This document shows, piece by piece, positions 22,989 through 34,620 of a stretch of 64,000 nt of DNA. Each line of letters opens with the position of its first letter. Within the stretch, counting starts at the first letter, position 1. The DNA lies in NCBI RefSeq assembly GCF_041260155.1, contig NW_027248355.1:2516078-2580077 (forward strand), given 5' to 3'. The position numbers and the translations under genes were made by a program. The DNA is from Ptychodera flava. Taxonomy: Eukaryota. The notes below the pieces were generated by a model. It was not told the DNA's origin, searched no databases, and saw only the letters and a list, made by a program, of their open reading frames with translations.

Positions 22989-23165
22989 GGAGTGAAAATA
23001 ATTATGAGTTGTGTTGAGGATGGACCATGCCATAAGGCCTTGCTAAGACGGAATGTTTTGGGAGTAGCTGTTGGTGGACTGGATATGTGGGATAAGGCTG
23101 ACATGGTCCGGAAGTCGCTGGCTGCACATCGGAAAACATTGGATGAATCCCCATTCAATAACCAG
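22989..23165 (+). CDS. NACHT–WD40 gene exon
   Basis: acag|gga...cag|gtatga; GVKIIMSCVEDGPCHKALLRRNVLGVAVGGLDMWDKADMVRKSLAAHRKTLDESPFNNQ; phase 0/0. Confidence 0.65.
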
Positions 23166-23503
23166 GTATGAAAGTGTATTCAATATTTTTACTGGAATTT
23201 GCCCATGATTTCAGATGATTTGTTTCTTTAAAGCTTAGCTTTTGCCATCTTATACAGCAGCATTGTGCCAAACCTTTTTACTGCTTTGCTTTGTATGATC
23301 CCATTGTTTTGAATTTGTTTAGAGATTCCATTCACAGGAAATAGGAGTGTACGGCTCAAAGGAACTGAAACTGGCTTTCCAATACAAGTTATCAAATCTT
23401 ACGGAGATAAATTCGTTTTTACTATCCGTTGGAATTTGTTACAACCATTTGTCACTAACTATTGGAATTTGTTAACAACCATTTGAATTTGTTCTTTTGA
23501 CAG

Positions 23504-23596
23504 ATGAAACTGTTACTATCCAAGAGAGAGGCCGGCATACCACTCTACTTGAACTTAGCTTGTGAAGAACTCCGAGTCTTTGGTGTATTTGAAAAA
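23504..23596 (+). CDS. NACHT–WD40 gene exon
   Basis: tttgacag|atg...aaa|gtaagt; MKLLLSKREAGIPLYLNLACEELRVFGVFEK. Confidence 0.65.
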
Positions 23597-24076
23597 GTAA
23601 GTCCTTATTCTTGACAGGTTGAAATATTTGCACAAAAGTAGTACTGTTCTTCAGTATGTTTGATACTTTTATGACTTATCATCAAATATTTATGAGTGAA
23701 ATTTGTTGCAAATGGCATTCACATAATGACTTGTGCATGCAATTTATGCCTTGTCTTGCAGCTAAATTTAGTGTTAAAACACCTGCAACAGGGGTTGTTT
23801 CTTAATTTTTCATAAGACAGACCATGATATTTCTTAAGGAAATTTATGAAGGCCTGGTTTGTGCAGTCTTCCACAGGAGTGATGGCAAAAGTTGTCAAAG
23901 TGTAAAGAATTAATCGTAAAGAAGAATTCTGAATTATTTCACATTGTGTAAGTTTTCACCCCTTTTATGCAGTGGTATGGTCCAATGACATCATGCAGGA
24001 CAGAGTAGTATTGTATCTGATCTTGACAATGACCTGGAAGATTACTTGACTTTCAAAGAATTGTTGAATTTTGCAG

Positions 24077-24209
24077 GTTTCTCAGAGAATCAAATCCATG
24101 GCACAGACAGTGACATCATTGCTACAGGAAGTCATGATGAGACTGGAAGAGGATCATGGGAAGAGACTGGTGGCAACGGCATTGTCTCTGCTGGTCTGTG
24201 TCAGAGATG
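24077..24209 (+). CDS. NACHT–WD40 gene exon
   Basis: ttgcag|gtt...gat g|gtatgt; VSQRIKSMAQTVTSLLQEVMMRLEEDHGKRLVATALSLLVCVRD. Confidence 0.6.
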
Positions 24210-24659
24210 GTATGTTACCATTCATTGCTCACTCAAGATGAAAGAACGAAATAGAAAATTTGTGTTGATGAAAAGTTGCATGTAAATATGTGTTTTTATC
24301 ACTCTGCAGCAAAAGCTTTTACCCAGTACATAATATAGTTTGTCTTCAGCAATTTAATCTGCATAAGTACAGCTTCAAAACTCTTTTTCATGTGGTATTT
24401 TAATGATTTTCACTGAAAATATCAACAGACTGTTCACCCCCCTGATTAAAACATAATTTCTAACCTTGTTGTGAAAACTTTAAGAAAAATTTATAACATT
24501 TTATTAGATGAACATGATGTGATCTAAATGTCATCAGGAAACTTTTCACACGTACTGTCCTTAGTAATAAGTAGTAGCAAGCTAGTTTGCCAGGCATTTT
24601 GTTACTGCAAAAAAAAAAAATAAAAAGGTTCATAATAAAACAGAGAATGTCTGTGTTAC

Positions 24660-24870
24660 ATTTGTGTAAGTACACCACCATCTTGAATGAAACACATGAA
24701 GATAGTATGCACCTCGAAAGTAAAAGACTGTTATTTTTGTGCAAACTTTCCTCGAGGGATGCTTAACCATTCCCTTTCATAACCATGAATAATAATCCGG
24801 GGTCACCGTGCAAATTATGGTACTAGAGAAACAAATTATCCAAGATCGGTTGATGAAAGATGAAATAAAA
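24660..24870 (+). repeat. SINE-like dispersed repeat copy (partial), intronic
   Basis: ...gtatgcacctcgaaagtaaaagactgttatttttgtgcaaactttcctcgagggatg...aataataatccggggtcaccgtgcaaattatggtactagagaaacaaatta... Confidence 0.5.
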
Positions 24871-24936
24871 AGAAACTGAGTAATTAGAGAGCAAGAGAAA
24901 ATGTTCTATATGACAAATCTTTTTTATCTTGCGCAG

Positions 24937-25117
24937 GTTTATTAGAAGATGAATTACACGTAATGCTGAGTCTGTCTGAAGTGATGGGTGATGGTAGGTA
25001 CCAATATGAAGACATCCTGAATGTACAGCTATCCACAGATCAATATCTGCCTCATGCAAACTTTGCAAGGCTAATGAGAGGGCTGCAGAGTTTTCTAAGA
25101 CCACTCGGAGAGCACAG
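24937..25117 (+). CDS. NACHT–WD40 gene exon
   Basis: gcgcag|gtt...cac ag|gtaaaa; G LLEDELHVMLSLSEVMGDGRYQYEDILNVQLSTDQYLPHANFARLMRGLQSFLRPLGEH; phase 1 to 2. Confidence 0.65.
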
Positions 25118-25649
25118 GTAAAAATTTAATCTATCAACTCTGCATTTCTACATTACCATGGAGGGTGCATTATTGTTTGAAGAACACCCTCAAATTTCCC
25201 AAATTCCCCTGGCAGTCATCTCTGAGTTACAGCAAAACTTACACAGTATAAATGCTGATAACTATATACCCTGTACCTTTTAAATAGTGAAACTTGACTT
25301 AAAGTTCTCATTTGATATATTACTGAATCATGCACGCATGCACGTAACACACGCATGCTCACACACACGTGCATACATGATAGGTATGGTACTTTGTTAT
25401 TTCAACTCTGACAATTTTGATCCCTTCAATGGTGGGGAGTGTGTACACTGTATATATCATAATTAATTCAACATTACCAAAGTCTAGCCTCTCCTGTTCA
25501 TTATGTACATCGTATGTTGTCAATGTTGAGATCGAATGCCCCTTGGAGACAGATATTCAGACTCTAAATTCGTTGTTAATATCAGTCTGTTCTGCCACTG
25601 CGGGGCTGATTATTTTAAACCTCTCGCAGTGAGAAAAATTTTAACCATC

Positions 25650-25880
25650 TTAGTTTTTTGAAAATCAAGTTTTATTTTTCCCCATAGAGTTAACGCAGGG
25701 GATGGTGGGTATTTTGAATATCAAATATCGGTAAATGTTAGGTAATTTGTTTTCTCTGGTACCAAACTTTGCACAATGACCCCAGGCTTTTATTCCTGAT
25801 TTTGGTAAAAGAATGGTTAAAAGTTTCATTGAAGAAAGTTTGAGGAAAAGTCTTTCACTTTCAAGGCGCATCTACCATGT
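25650..25880 (-). repeat. SINE-like dispersed repeat copy, opposite orientation
   Basis: Reverse complement of the family core (ggtaccaaactttgcacaatgaccccagg...). Confidence 0.45.
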
Positions 25881-25979
25881 CTTTTCTGTCTCATCCAAAC
25901 TTACATTGAAAGTTTTTGATGCAGAGATTTGCATCCATGTAATGACCAGTGACTGATAACACATTTTGCCCTGTGGCAG

Positions 25980-26089
25980 TTCTGGCAGGTTAAGTCTGGC
26001 TCACAGTGAGATTGAGAAGTCTATCAGACAGAGATACATGAAGACAGCAGGTATTGATTATGAAACCAATCTGCACAGACTCATTGCAG
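25980..26089 (+). CDS. NACHT–WD40 gene exon
   Basis: ggcag|t...gca g|gtaaga; SSGRLSLAHSEIEKSIRQRYMKTAGIDYETNLHRLIA. Confidence 0.6.
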
Positions 26090-26168
26090 GTAAGATTTAC
26101 TCATTAAACCCTCAAATGAATTGTATTTTTTATGTTCACAGTTTTCCTCCATTGATGAACCTATTTCA

Positions 26169-26172
<4 letters not shown>

Positions 26173-26227
<55 letters not shown>
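26173..26227. repeat. (CT)n microsatellite in an intron of the NACHT–WD40 gene
   Basis: Visible run. Confidence 0.9.
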
Positions 26228-26230
<3 letters not shown>

Positions 26231-26463
26231 CTCTTCATTCCTTCCCCTCTCCCCTCACTCTGTCTTCCTGTCTTTCTCAATCATCTCCCACATATCCCCT
26301 CTTATCTTACCCAGTCCATTTACCAGTACTTTCTTTCAGTCTCTGTAGCATCCTGTCAAACATTCCTGTTTCTCAAAGTTCTGAGTTAGATGGGAAAATG
26401 GAAAAAAACTGCCCTCTAAGTTATGATAAACATTTCACAATGGTTACCTTTTATGTATTACAG

Positions 26464-26732
26464 GTTATTTCCAAACAGAAGCTGATCCAAGGAGAAATGC
26501 ATCATGGTCCGGTAAAAAGCCACGGCCATTCAGTGAACTGCCGTACCATCTAGCGTGTGCTGGAGCCTATGGGCAGCTGGAAACTATACTGTGCAATTTG
26601 CATTTCATCAAATCGAAGTGCATGTTGGGAATGGCCGGGCTGCTGATGGAGGATTTCATTGGTCAGGGCAACAATGTATCAAAGATGGTGCAGAGAGAAC
26701 AAGAGAAATTCCTCTCCAAAGCCAATACAAAG
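26464..26732 (+). CDS. NACHT–WD40 gene exon
   Basis: cag|gtt...aag|gtaaac; GYFQTEADPRRNASWSGKKPRPFSELPYHLACAGAYGQLETILCNLHFIKSKCMLGMAGLLMEDFIGQGNNVSKMVQREQEKFLSKANTK. Confidence 0.65.
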
Positions 26733-27155
26733 GTAAACTTTTAATTCTAAACATTATGACACAGATTGTCAGTTTGAAAGTGAATGAACTCTCAAGTAAC
26801 TGTATTAAACCTTTTGAAATTTAAATTGAATTTTATGCACATAGGGGTCTGTGGCCTACAGTACTAAATCAACATACACTAATAAACAAATATTGCTATT
26901 TTTCCAGCGCTCTATTTCTGTTTGTAGGTTGGGGTCTGTGGCCAATTGTAAGGAATCACCATTATATGATAATAATTAAATAAAATACTTTTTTGTCATG
27001 TACACTATTTATCATGCAATTATCTCTCAAATAAAGTTTTACTCAGGTCACTTCAAGGTAGTTGTCATCAAAAAATTATATGGTAAGTTTTACCTTGTTA
27101 CTGCTGTAGTAAGAATATTCAGTAGCAGTTATTTTGTTGTTTTTTATTGTTTCAG

Positions 27156-27374
27156 GCTTTCAGATCCTTTGTGTCCAGAAATTTGCACATCCTGTCCCAT
27201 TACCCAGCCCTGACGTTACAGCAGGCCATGAATGAGCCGTCGGACACCATACCAGCCAAGATGGCCGCTGACGTGATTGACGGGTCTACAGCTGTCAATC
27301 AGAAGATGGTGGTGTGGTCCAATAAGCACGAAGAAGAGGATCCATGCGTGATGACACTCAGTGGCCAATCAGAT
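27156..27374 (+). CDS. NACHT–WD40 gene exon
   Basis: tttcag|gct...gat|gtgagt; AFRSFVSRNLHILSHYPALTLQQAMNEPSDTIPAKMAADVIDGSTAVNQKMVVWSNKHEEEDPCVMTLSGQSD. Confidence 0.65.
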
Positions 27375-27763
27375 GTGAGTATTCCGTATTCTGTATTCTT
27401 GTTTCCTTCGTGATCAAAATACTGTATGATTGTTCCAAACCCTAGAGCTCTTTTGTAGTAAGGAGTTTTGTTTTGAGGGATGAGGTATGTGGTCGGCACT
27501 AAAACGTGTAAAATGCATTTCTCATGCGTCAGCTTTTATGAGCAACTGTCCCAAACTTAGCTATGAGAGAGCTTTTGTTGCCACTGAATAAAAAACCACA
27601 TGCAAGGAAGAATATCAATATGTCAATAAATGTGTCACAGTCGTTTTTGATATTGAACATTGTTGAACGTCTTCTGTAATTTAAAAATCCCATCATAGTG
27701 TCTAAAAGTATAGTACAACCATAGAAAAAAGAATTAATTGATTGTATCTTTTGTTGCATACAG

Positions 27764-27859
27764 ACTGTCACATGTGTCTCAGTGTCTGCTGATAACACTG
27801 TCTTTGCAGTTGGAACTCAGGACTGTGTATTGAAATTGTATGACCTCATTACTGGCAAG
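27764..27859 (+). CDS. NACHT–WD40 gene exon (start of the WD40 region)
   Basis: tacag|act...aag|gtgaga; TVTCVSVSADNTVFAVGTQDCVLKLYDLITGK. Confidence 0.65.
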
Positions 27860-28174
27860 GTGAGAAAATATTAACTGACACTTGCACTTCTTCAAAAAAT
27901 GGACTCAGTACATTTTATGGTTTAAATTGAAATTATCAATGGCTAATACCACATTTTTTACAAGAAGCTTATGTATAAATTGAATAAAAAATCTGTCTTG
28001 GAATGTGTCCATAAATATTTTTGCACTCGTAAAGTTGCATATTGTATAAACTGTGGAATATTTGCAGCATCGTATCAGCTCAGGTGTATTGTATAAGTAA
28101 ACTTAAATGTGCTTATCCTTTTGTTTGAATGTTTCTAGTTCTGGTAATCACTGACATTTCTGTCTTTCCCACAG

Positions 28175-28299
28175 GAAGTGATGTCATTCACAGGTCATTC
28201 AGGGTCAATTTCAGACTGCTGCTTTGCTGGCAAAAATAATCTGTGCAGTGCATCATGGGATGGTACTCTGAGTTTGTGGAGTGTTAAAGATGGACACAG
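28175..28299 (+). CDS. WD40 exon
   Basis: cacag|gaa...cac ag|gtcagt; EVMSFTGHSGSISDCCFAGKNNLCSASWDGTLSLWSVKDGH. Confidence 0.65.
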
Positions 28300-28919
28300 G
28301 TCAGTTTTGAAGTAATCTTTCTCATACTGTCATAAAAAAACATTCCCATTCTGTTAGTACTGAGTTTTTTGACACTCTTTAGAATCCACTGGTAAGTTGC
28401 ATTTGGCAGATACCTAGGTCAGAAATTGAATATACTGTATCCAATATGTGGGGACACCATACTTTCTATCTACTAACAGTCTTCACCGTCCTACATAATG
28501 AGCCTTTTATATTTGCGCCCTCGACAGCACAGTCAAGCAAAGCGAAGCTAGCATATCAGTAGGCCAGTTTGTAGCCTTGCTTTCATAAATCTACATTGTT
28601 CAGGGCACCAGTACAATATGAATCATTACATAAGCCAATGAAAGAGTCTAGGGGACGCCAATAATTCTACTTCACAGCTACAAAATGCCAAAATCTGTGT
28701 AAGGTTAAAACTTTTTTGAAAGCGGTCTGCAATTTAAATTATATAACAAGTGTATTTGTTTCTAAAATCAAAGTTAGAGTAGTATAAATAAATCTTTTTA
28801 GCTTAAATAATACCAGAATGTGGTAAGAGTTGATCTTAAAAAATCATATTTGTCCTGACAGTATTAGGAGCCATGATTGTGGAGACCTAATATGTTTGTT
28901 TGATTTGTTTCCTCCACAG

Positions 28920-29178
28920 AATTGCTGTCATGAAAGGTCACACTCGGCGGGTCAACTCCTGTTCTGCCAACTCACAGGGTACGACAATCGTCTCGGCATC
29001 ATGGGATTGCGTTGTGAAGATATGGAATGCTAATGATGGCAATCTAATCACCGATATCCGTGGCGACAAGAGACCAGTCAACTGTGTCTCCTTCCACCCA
29101 GATGGCCAGAAGATAGTGACTGGTAGTTGGGACTCAACGATGAAAATCTGGGACACTTACAACAAGAAAAGATTGGCA
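28920..29178 (+). CDS. WD40 exon
   Basis: ccacag|a...gca|gtaagt; RIAVMKGHTRRVNSCSANSQGTTIVSASWDCVVKIWNANDGNLITDIRGDKRPVNCVSFHPDGQKIVTGSWDSTMKIWDTYNKKRLA. Confidence 0.7.
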
Positions 29179-29289
29179 GTAAGTACTATCTGCTGATATG
29201 ATATTTTATTTCCAAATTTTTGTTTTTTATTTGGAATGTATGCTTAACTGTTCTTGTTATATTCACGCTTTGATTAAGGCAGTTCACAC

Positions 29290-29420
29290 CAGGAAACAGA
29301 AAAGATTTAAGCTTTTGCTCAAATTTTCTTCCAGGAATTTTAAACAATGGTTTTTTTCCAAAATAAAGGACAAAAAATCACAGGTGACTGTGCAAATTTT
29401 GCTGTGGACAAAAACCTGTA
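29290..29420 (+). repeat. SINE-like repeat fragment
   Basis: ...agatttaagcttttgctcaaattttcttccagg...cacaggtgactgtgcaaattttg... Confidence 0.4.
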
Positions 29421-29680
29421 CCTGAACAAACTATCTAATGAATTGTTACTCAAATTCAACAAAGTTAGGCAGTCTTAATCAGGGCAGCCCAGCGTCCCAA
29501 TTATTTGCAAAGTCAAATCACGATAGAAAAACCTTTCATCTATTTGAATTTGGTAAATACAGAAATGCAGTTATCAACAACAACACTGTTCCTTTCACAC
29601 ACTTTAATACAGCTTTGAAAGCAAAGAGATTCCACACAGGATGAGCAAAAGGGTAAAACATTTGGTGTGTAATCTTACAG

Positions 29681-29800
29681 GTACTACGAGGCCATAAGAC
29701 AGCTGTGAGAGACGTAGCCTACTCACCCAGTGGACGACATATTGCCTCGGCGTCACTGGACGGTGATGTTAAACTATGGTCTGCTCAGACTGGTTCACAG
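29681..29800 (+). CDS. WD40 exon
   Basis: cttacag|gta...cag|gtaaag; VLRGHKTAVRDVAYSPSGRHIASASLDGDVKLWSAQTGSQ. Confidence 0.7.
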
Positions 29801-30057
29801 GTAAAGTAGCTCTCAACCAATCAGATGTACTCTGAAGTAAAATCTGCTGCGCTTTTACAATGTTTGCAGCCAAAGCTGTATGATTGACTGATAAAGAACA
29901 CCAACAATAAAATTGGCCAGAGACAAGAGATGTTGCAAGAGACAAGCTGGCATTTAATTCAACTGGGAACAGTTGTTAGAACTAATCAGAGTTGCTTTGT
30001 ATCAACACACACAAAGGTGGCATCTATTTTACACCCTATCTATCATGAAATGTATAC

Positions 30058-30474
30058 AACCCTTTTCAGAATTAGAGCGCGAAGCCACTGCAGTGAACTG
30101 CAATAAAACTGCTCACACTAATTAGTTTCAGCTGTAGCCAGCTGGCAAAGTCGACAACATTGTATGTCCCATGCAGACAGTTTGTCTGGGGAAGTTGAAA
30201 TAAAAAAGATTTGTACATGGACCAGTGCATGGTAATGTTACATTGTATCTTAATCTTGAACACAGGGTGCCAATCGAAAACTCTCATTTACAACTTGAGC
30301 CTCAGACAGAGCTAGTTTTGCCTTTGTACAAGCAGACTTTTTGGTCTTTATCAAGTAGCCTTGTTCAACACCAAAGTGGCCATGGCTACAGCTGAAACTA
30401 ATTAGTGTAAGCAGTTTTATTGCAGTTCACTGCAGTGGCTTCGCGCTCTAATTCTGAAAAGGGTTATAGTATGT
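30058..30474 (+). repeat. ~410-bp MITE with 73-bp perfect TIRs (terminus AACCCTTTTCAGAATTAGAGCGCG...), located in an intron of the NACHT–WD40 gene.
   Basis: cagaattagagcgcgaagccactgcagtgaactgcaataaaactgctcacactaattagtttcagctgtagcc is mirrored exactly at 30402–30474. A second copy in the opposite orientation lies at 50148–50534. Confidence 0.8.
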
Positions 30475-30826
30475 CTCAAAGTGGGCTGCTCACTTGTGTA
30501 CATGTTTATCAGTAGTTCAGAGTGTTATGTGATGCAGTGTCATCTCATGCTATACTTGTAGTCTTTGGCCAATTTTATTGGAGTTATTGGTAATTCATGA
30601 TGCGTAAGCTGCGGGTGTTGTATTATTCTCAGCCAATCAGAGATCTGTTCACTTCGTGCGAATTAACATAAAATCATCTTTTTGTTCCAGCCAATCACAC
30701 AAACCATATTGTCGATCTCTGGTCAAACGGTGCATAGATTTATTATTTAGTATTGTCAAAGACCTATCCTTTCTAGCTCATTTGTACATTATAATTTTTT
30801 TGACCGACACTTAATATTTTTTTTAG

Positions 30827-30925
30827 GTTGGCAGTATCAGTGGACATTCCTTACCAATAAACAGACTGACATTTTCACCAACTGGAGACCAACTGATTAC
30901 AGTCAGTGATGACCATAAAGTCAAG
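30827..30925 (+). CDS. WD40 exon
   Basis: ttttag|gtt...aag|gtattt; VGSISGHSLPINRLTFSPTGDQLITVSDDHKVK. Confidence 0.65.
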
Positions 30926-31629
30926 GTATTTTAATGTCAGTTGTGTCACAAGGTCAAAGTTTTAATATTGAAAGGGCTGGGCTCGTGGGAAATGTTCTCA
31001 AGGTCATGTTTGTCAAGATGTACCGGTACATCATAAAATTTAAATGTTGTGACTATGTTGACGTGAGACATCTAGATATCATAGCATGATATACATTGTT
31101 TGTAAACAAGAAAGTCACACAGGTATAGTTCTTACAACCCCCCCTCCCTTTAAGATGTAATTATTACTGTGTCAAAGGTCAAATTAATGGGCATGAGTTG
31201 CAGCTATTTGAGAGTTAAATCAAGTAGCCTAAATCTTTGTACAGTAATGATTCAACAATATCAGTCAGCTGCAGTAATACAAATCACCCAGTCAACCACA
31301 TGACTCATTTTGGCCAATCAGATCAATTTTTGGTAAATCATGTGATGTGCTTGTAACAAATGATATTATGGTAATTAACTACACAATCAGCATAATCAAT
31401 GACATAAAGATTTAAATAAACAAGAAGCCTTGTCATCAGTCATTAAGACTGAAGGGTCACGATTGTGAAAGAAACTTATTCATAGAAACTATGATGCTAT
31501 CTGAGAGCAAATCCCCACTCCATTTTATAGGTCACCTGGTTCCGAGTTCAAAAGTTAAATAAGGGATAATCATCATAGTAGCTGAGTGTCAGTGCTGGCA
31601 GTCTTACCATCAACATTTGTCTTTCTTAG

Positions 31630-31896
31630 ATCTGGTCAGGACATCTTGGTCGGTCAATACAGTGTATTGGCAGTGATGACTTCACCAGTGCAAACTGTGT
31701 GGCTATCAGCCCGGACGGTTCTCACGTCGTCATCGGTTACCAGGATGAGTGGACCAGAATGTTCAATGTAATGAGTGGAGTAGAGAAATGGGCAGTCAAA
31801 CATCATTCCATGAGAGTGAGGTGCGCCCTCTGGTGTTCATCTGATAACAAGGAAGAATCCAAAATAATAACTGGATCAGAAGACAATACTTTAAAG
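31630..31896 (+). CDS. WD40 exon
   Basis: ttcttag|atc...aag|gtatac; IWSGHLGRSIQCIGSDDFTSANCVAISPDGSHVVIGYQDEWTRMFNVMSGVEKWAVKHHSMRVRCALWCSSDNKEESKIITGSEDNTLK. Confidence 0.7.
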
Positions 31897-32039
31897 GTAT
31901 ACATTTTTCTTCTATCTGTAATTAAAGGTATTTTAACTTTTACTTGCTTTACTTTTTCTAAAATCAAAATTCTGTCAGTTTCCTCCTTGCAATTATTATT
32001 TATACTGTTCTGACTTCTTTAATCTCCATATTGCTTTAT

Positions 32040-32300
32040 TCTACATTGAGGTATTATGTGGCTCAAAACTGAAAGAATTAAACTTTTGCTCAAACTTTCA
32101 TCACAGAAACTTTCAACCTTTCTCTATCAAAATCAAGAATAAAAGGTGAGGGGGAAATCACCAGGCCATCCCTGTGTTATCAATGTGGGAGAAAATGAAA
32201 TTCCTGATTTTCACAAAACTAAGGTCATGTGGTTAAAACATTTTTTCACCCCAGAAGTCTCAAAATGAGCACTAACAAGACAAAAGAGTATTGGAAATAG
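32040..32300 (+). repeat. SINE-like repeat copy
   Basis: ...aattaaacttttgctcaaactttcatcacagaaactttcaacc...aatcaagaataaaaggtgaggggg... Confidence 0.45.
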
Positions 32301-32683
32301 GTAATTTGTTCTCAGATACCAGTAGTATCTTTCCTGAGATGTATTCTTCCTCAATGCAATAGACAGAAGAAAATGCACACACACACACAGGTCTACATAA
32401 CCTTGTAAAGAGAGATTGTAAAGAGAGATTAAACATGAATAAAAACACTCAGTAATCACAGAGATTAAAAACACACACAATTGGCAAGTAAAAACACAAC
32501 ACCTACATGTATCAAAAAAAACAGAACACTTACAAGATACCCATATTACAGTCGTCTCAACAATTGTATATTAACCTTAAGAAGTAATATGCACATATAG
32601 AGATTTTGTGAACATCAAATTTTAGGCAATGTAAGAAATCAAGAAGTGGTTCACAGCACTTGTTTGTAAATATTTAATTTCAG

Positions 32684-32865
32684 GTTCTGTCAGCAGAGAA
32701 TGGCGACCTCCGACACACGCTGGTTGGCTACAGAAAGCCAGTAATGAGTGTCAGCTACAACAACAACACAAGGCTCATCGCCGCCACCTCAGAAGATACA
32801 ATAGTGTATTTGTGGAGGATGCCTTTGCCATTATTTGATGCTTCAGACAAAGAGGACAGCACCCT
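32684..32865 (+). CDS. WD40 exon
   Basis: ttcag|gtt...acc ct|gtgagt; VLSAENGDLRHTLVGYRKPVMSVSYNNNTRLIAATSEDTIVYLWRMPLPLFDASDKEDST. Confidence 0.6.
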
Positions 32866-33103
32866 GTGAGTAGTCATGTGATGATCATGTGATTTCATCA
32901 TGTCAACCATGTTGACACCATGTGATGATCATGTGATATTTGTTATTTTTTTCTGCAAAGAAGTGCAATGTGTATCAGCAAACCTTTTCAAGCACACTGG
33001 GTGCAGCTCTTCTATGGTATTAATTAGCACCTGTCAGAGGGTGCCCAGCGTAATGAATAAAGACAAATGTACCCCTAAGATGGTGTTGAATTGCACTGTA
33101 GCT

Positions 33104-33181
33104 TAACCCTTTGAACCCGGCTCGGACATAAAAGTCCGATGACATCATAGAGTACCAGGGGGTCAGGGTGCAAAGGGTAAA
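33104..33181. repeat. MITE (AACCCTTT-terminus family), intronic
   Basis: taaccctttgaaccc...gggtgcaaagggtaa. Confidence 0.45.
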
Positions 33182-33325
33182 CAAAGGCCCTGTGATCTTA
33201 AGTCTTACCTACCTTGATTTGAAAGTGTTTCAATTTGGACTTCACTGTGCATGAGGCTTGTGAAAGTATAAGGGAGAATATTGAAAATATATTGTTTGCA
33301 TTTTCTGTATTTTTTTATCCAACAG

Positions 33326-33428
33326 TTTAACACCAGCAGTTTCATTGGTTGGTAGGAACAGTGGCTCTGTTAGTTGCTGTTCGTTTAATGCTGATGGCAC
33401 CAAACTGGTGACAGCAACCAGGGATGCT
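33326..33428 (+). CDS. WD40 exon
   Basis: caacag|t...gct|gtaagt; LLTPAVSLVGRNSGSVSCCSFNADGTKLVTATRDA. Confidence 0.6.
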
Positions 33429-33546
33429 GTAAGTATCCATGGTTACAGATACATGGAATAATTCTTGCCATCCATTCCACCTTTTTTAGCTCCCATAGCC
33501 ATATGTATATATGGCAATGGAAGCTATTCTTATAGGCTAGGGAAAT

Positions 33547-33641
33547 GTCTGTATGTATGTATGTCTGTATGTCTGTATGTCTGTACGTCTGTATGTCTGT
33601 ATGTCTGTATGTCTGTATGTCTGTATGTCTGTCCGTCAACA
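33547..33641. repeat. (GTCTGTAT)n/(GTAT)n compound microsatellite
   Basis: Visible run. Confidence 0.9.
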
Positions 33642-33939
33642 TCAAAAACTCCAAAACCGCTGCACATTTCATCTTGATATTTGGTGTGTACATGGATGAT
33701 GGGCTGTAGATGAGATTTTGTTCAAATGAAGTTGTCATTGCAAAAAATATGCAAATTAAGTGAAAAAATGTAAAAACAGTCAAAATTGAAAATCTCAATA
33801 ACCACTGAGCAGATTACATAAAAATTAGCATGTAAGTACTTTGGGCTGACCTGAAATAATTGTGCTTTTTTTGATTTTTTGATATTGTTGAAATATACAA
33901 ATTAGTGCCAAAAAAGGCGTTTTGGTAAAAAATCTTCTT

Positions 33940-34620
33940 CTTCATGAACCGCTGGTCAGACAGCTTTGATATTTGGTATACAGGTCCCTAGGGATAACCC
34001 AAATTGGATTTGTTCAAATTGTGATGAAATATGCAAATCTATATTTTTAAGGAAATTTTTTGTCATTTTTGGTCAAAAATTTATTTCATCAAAACCGCTC
34101 GTCTGACAGCTTTGATATTTGGTATACAGGTCCCTAGGGATAACCCAATTTGGATTTGTTCAAATTGTGATGAAATATGCAAATCTGTATTTTTAAGGAA
34201 TTTTTTGTCATTTTTGGTCAAAAATTTATTTCATCAAAACCGCTCGTCTGACAGTTTTGATATTTGGTATACAGGTTCCTACAGATAAACTTAATATGAT
34301 ATATAGAATATATGATGAAATCTGCAATTTTGTATTTTTGGTGCAATTTTTGACATTTTTGGTCAAAAAATGTGTTTCTCAAAAACTACTTGTCTGATGC
34401 CTTTGATATTTGGTATACAGGTTCCTGGGGGTTCTCCTAGTGTGATATAGTGAAATTTGATGAAATCTTCAATTTTTGTATTTTTGGGTCAATTTTTGCC
34501 ATTTTTGGTCAAAATATTTGTTTCTCAAAAGTTACTCATGTGATAGCTTTGATATTTTGTAACATTTTTATACATAATTATGATGAAATCATCAATTTTG
34601 TATATTTGCAGCTAATGTTG
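33940..34620. repeat. Satellite-like tandem array: 5–6 units of ~125 bp (unit ...ttttggtcaaaaatttatttcatcaaaaccgctcgtctgacagctttgatatttggtatacaggtccctagggataacccaa.ttggatttgttcaaattgtgatgaaatatgcaaatctgtatttttaaggaa...). It lies in the 5.5-kb intron 33429–38963. Partial copies occur at 36420–36620, 34730–34800 and 37330–37390.
   Basis: Head-to-tail repetition is visible directly, with ~85–95% identity between units. Confidence 0.8.

Noticed and set aside
30072-30287. Identical 71-aa ORFs at 30072–30287(−) and 50306–50521(+)
   Set aside because: Both fall inside the two copies of the 73-bp-TIR MITE. This is repeat-borne chance ORF.
33940-34620. Considered whether the regularly spaced ~125-bp repeats could be a CRISPR-like array
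   Set aside because: The units are contiguous head-to-tail with no unique spacers, lie in a spliceosomal intron of a eukaryotic gene, and have partial copies elsewhere. They are satellite or TE-internal tandem repeats.
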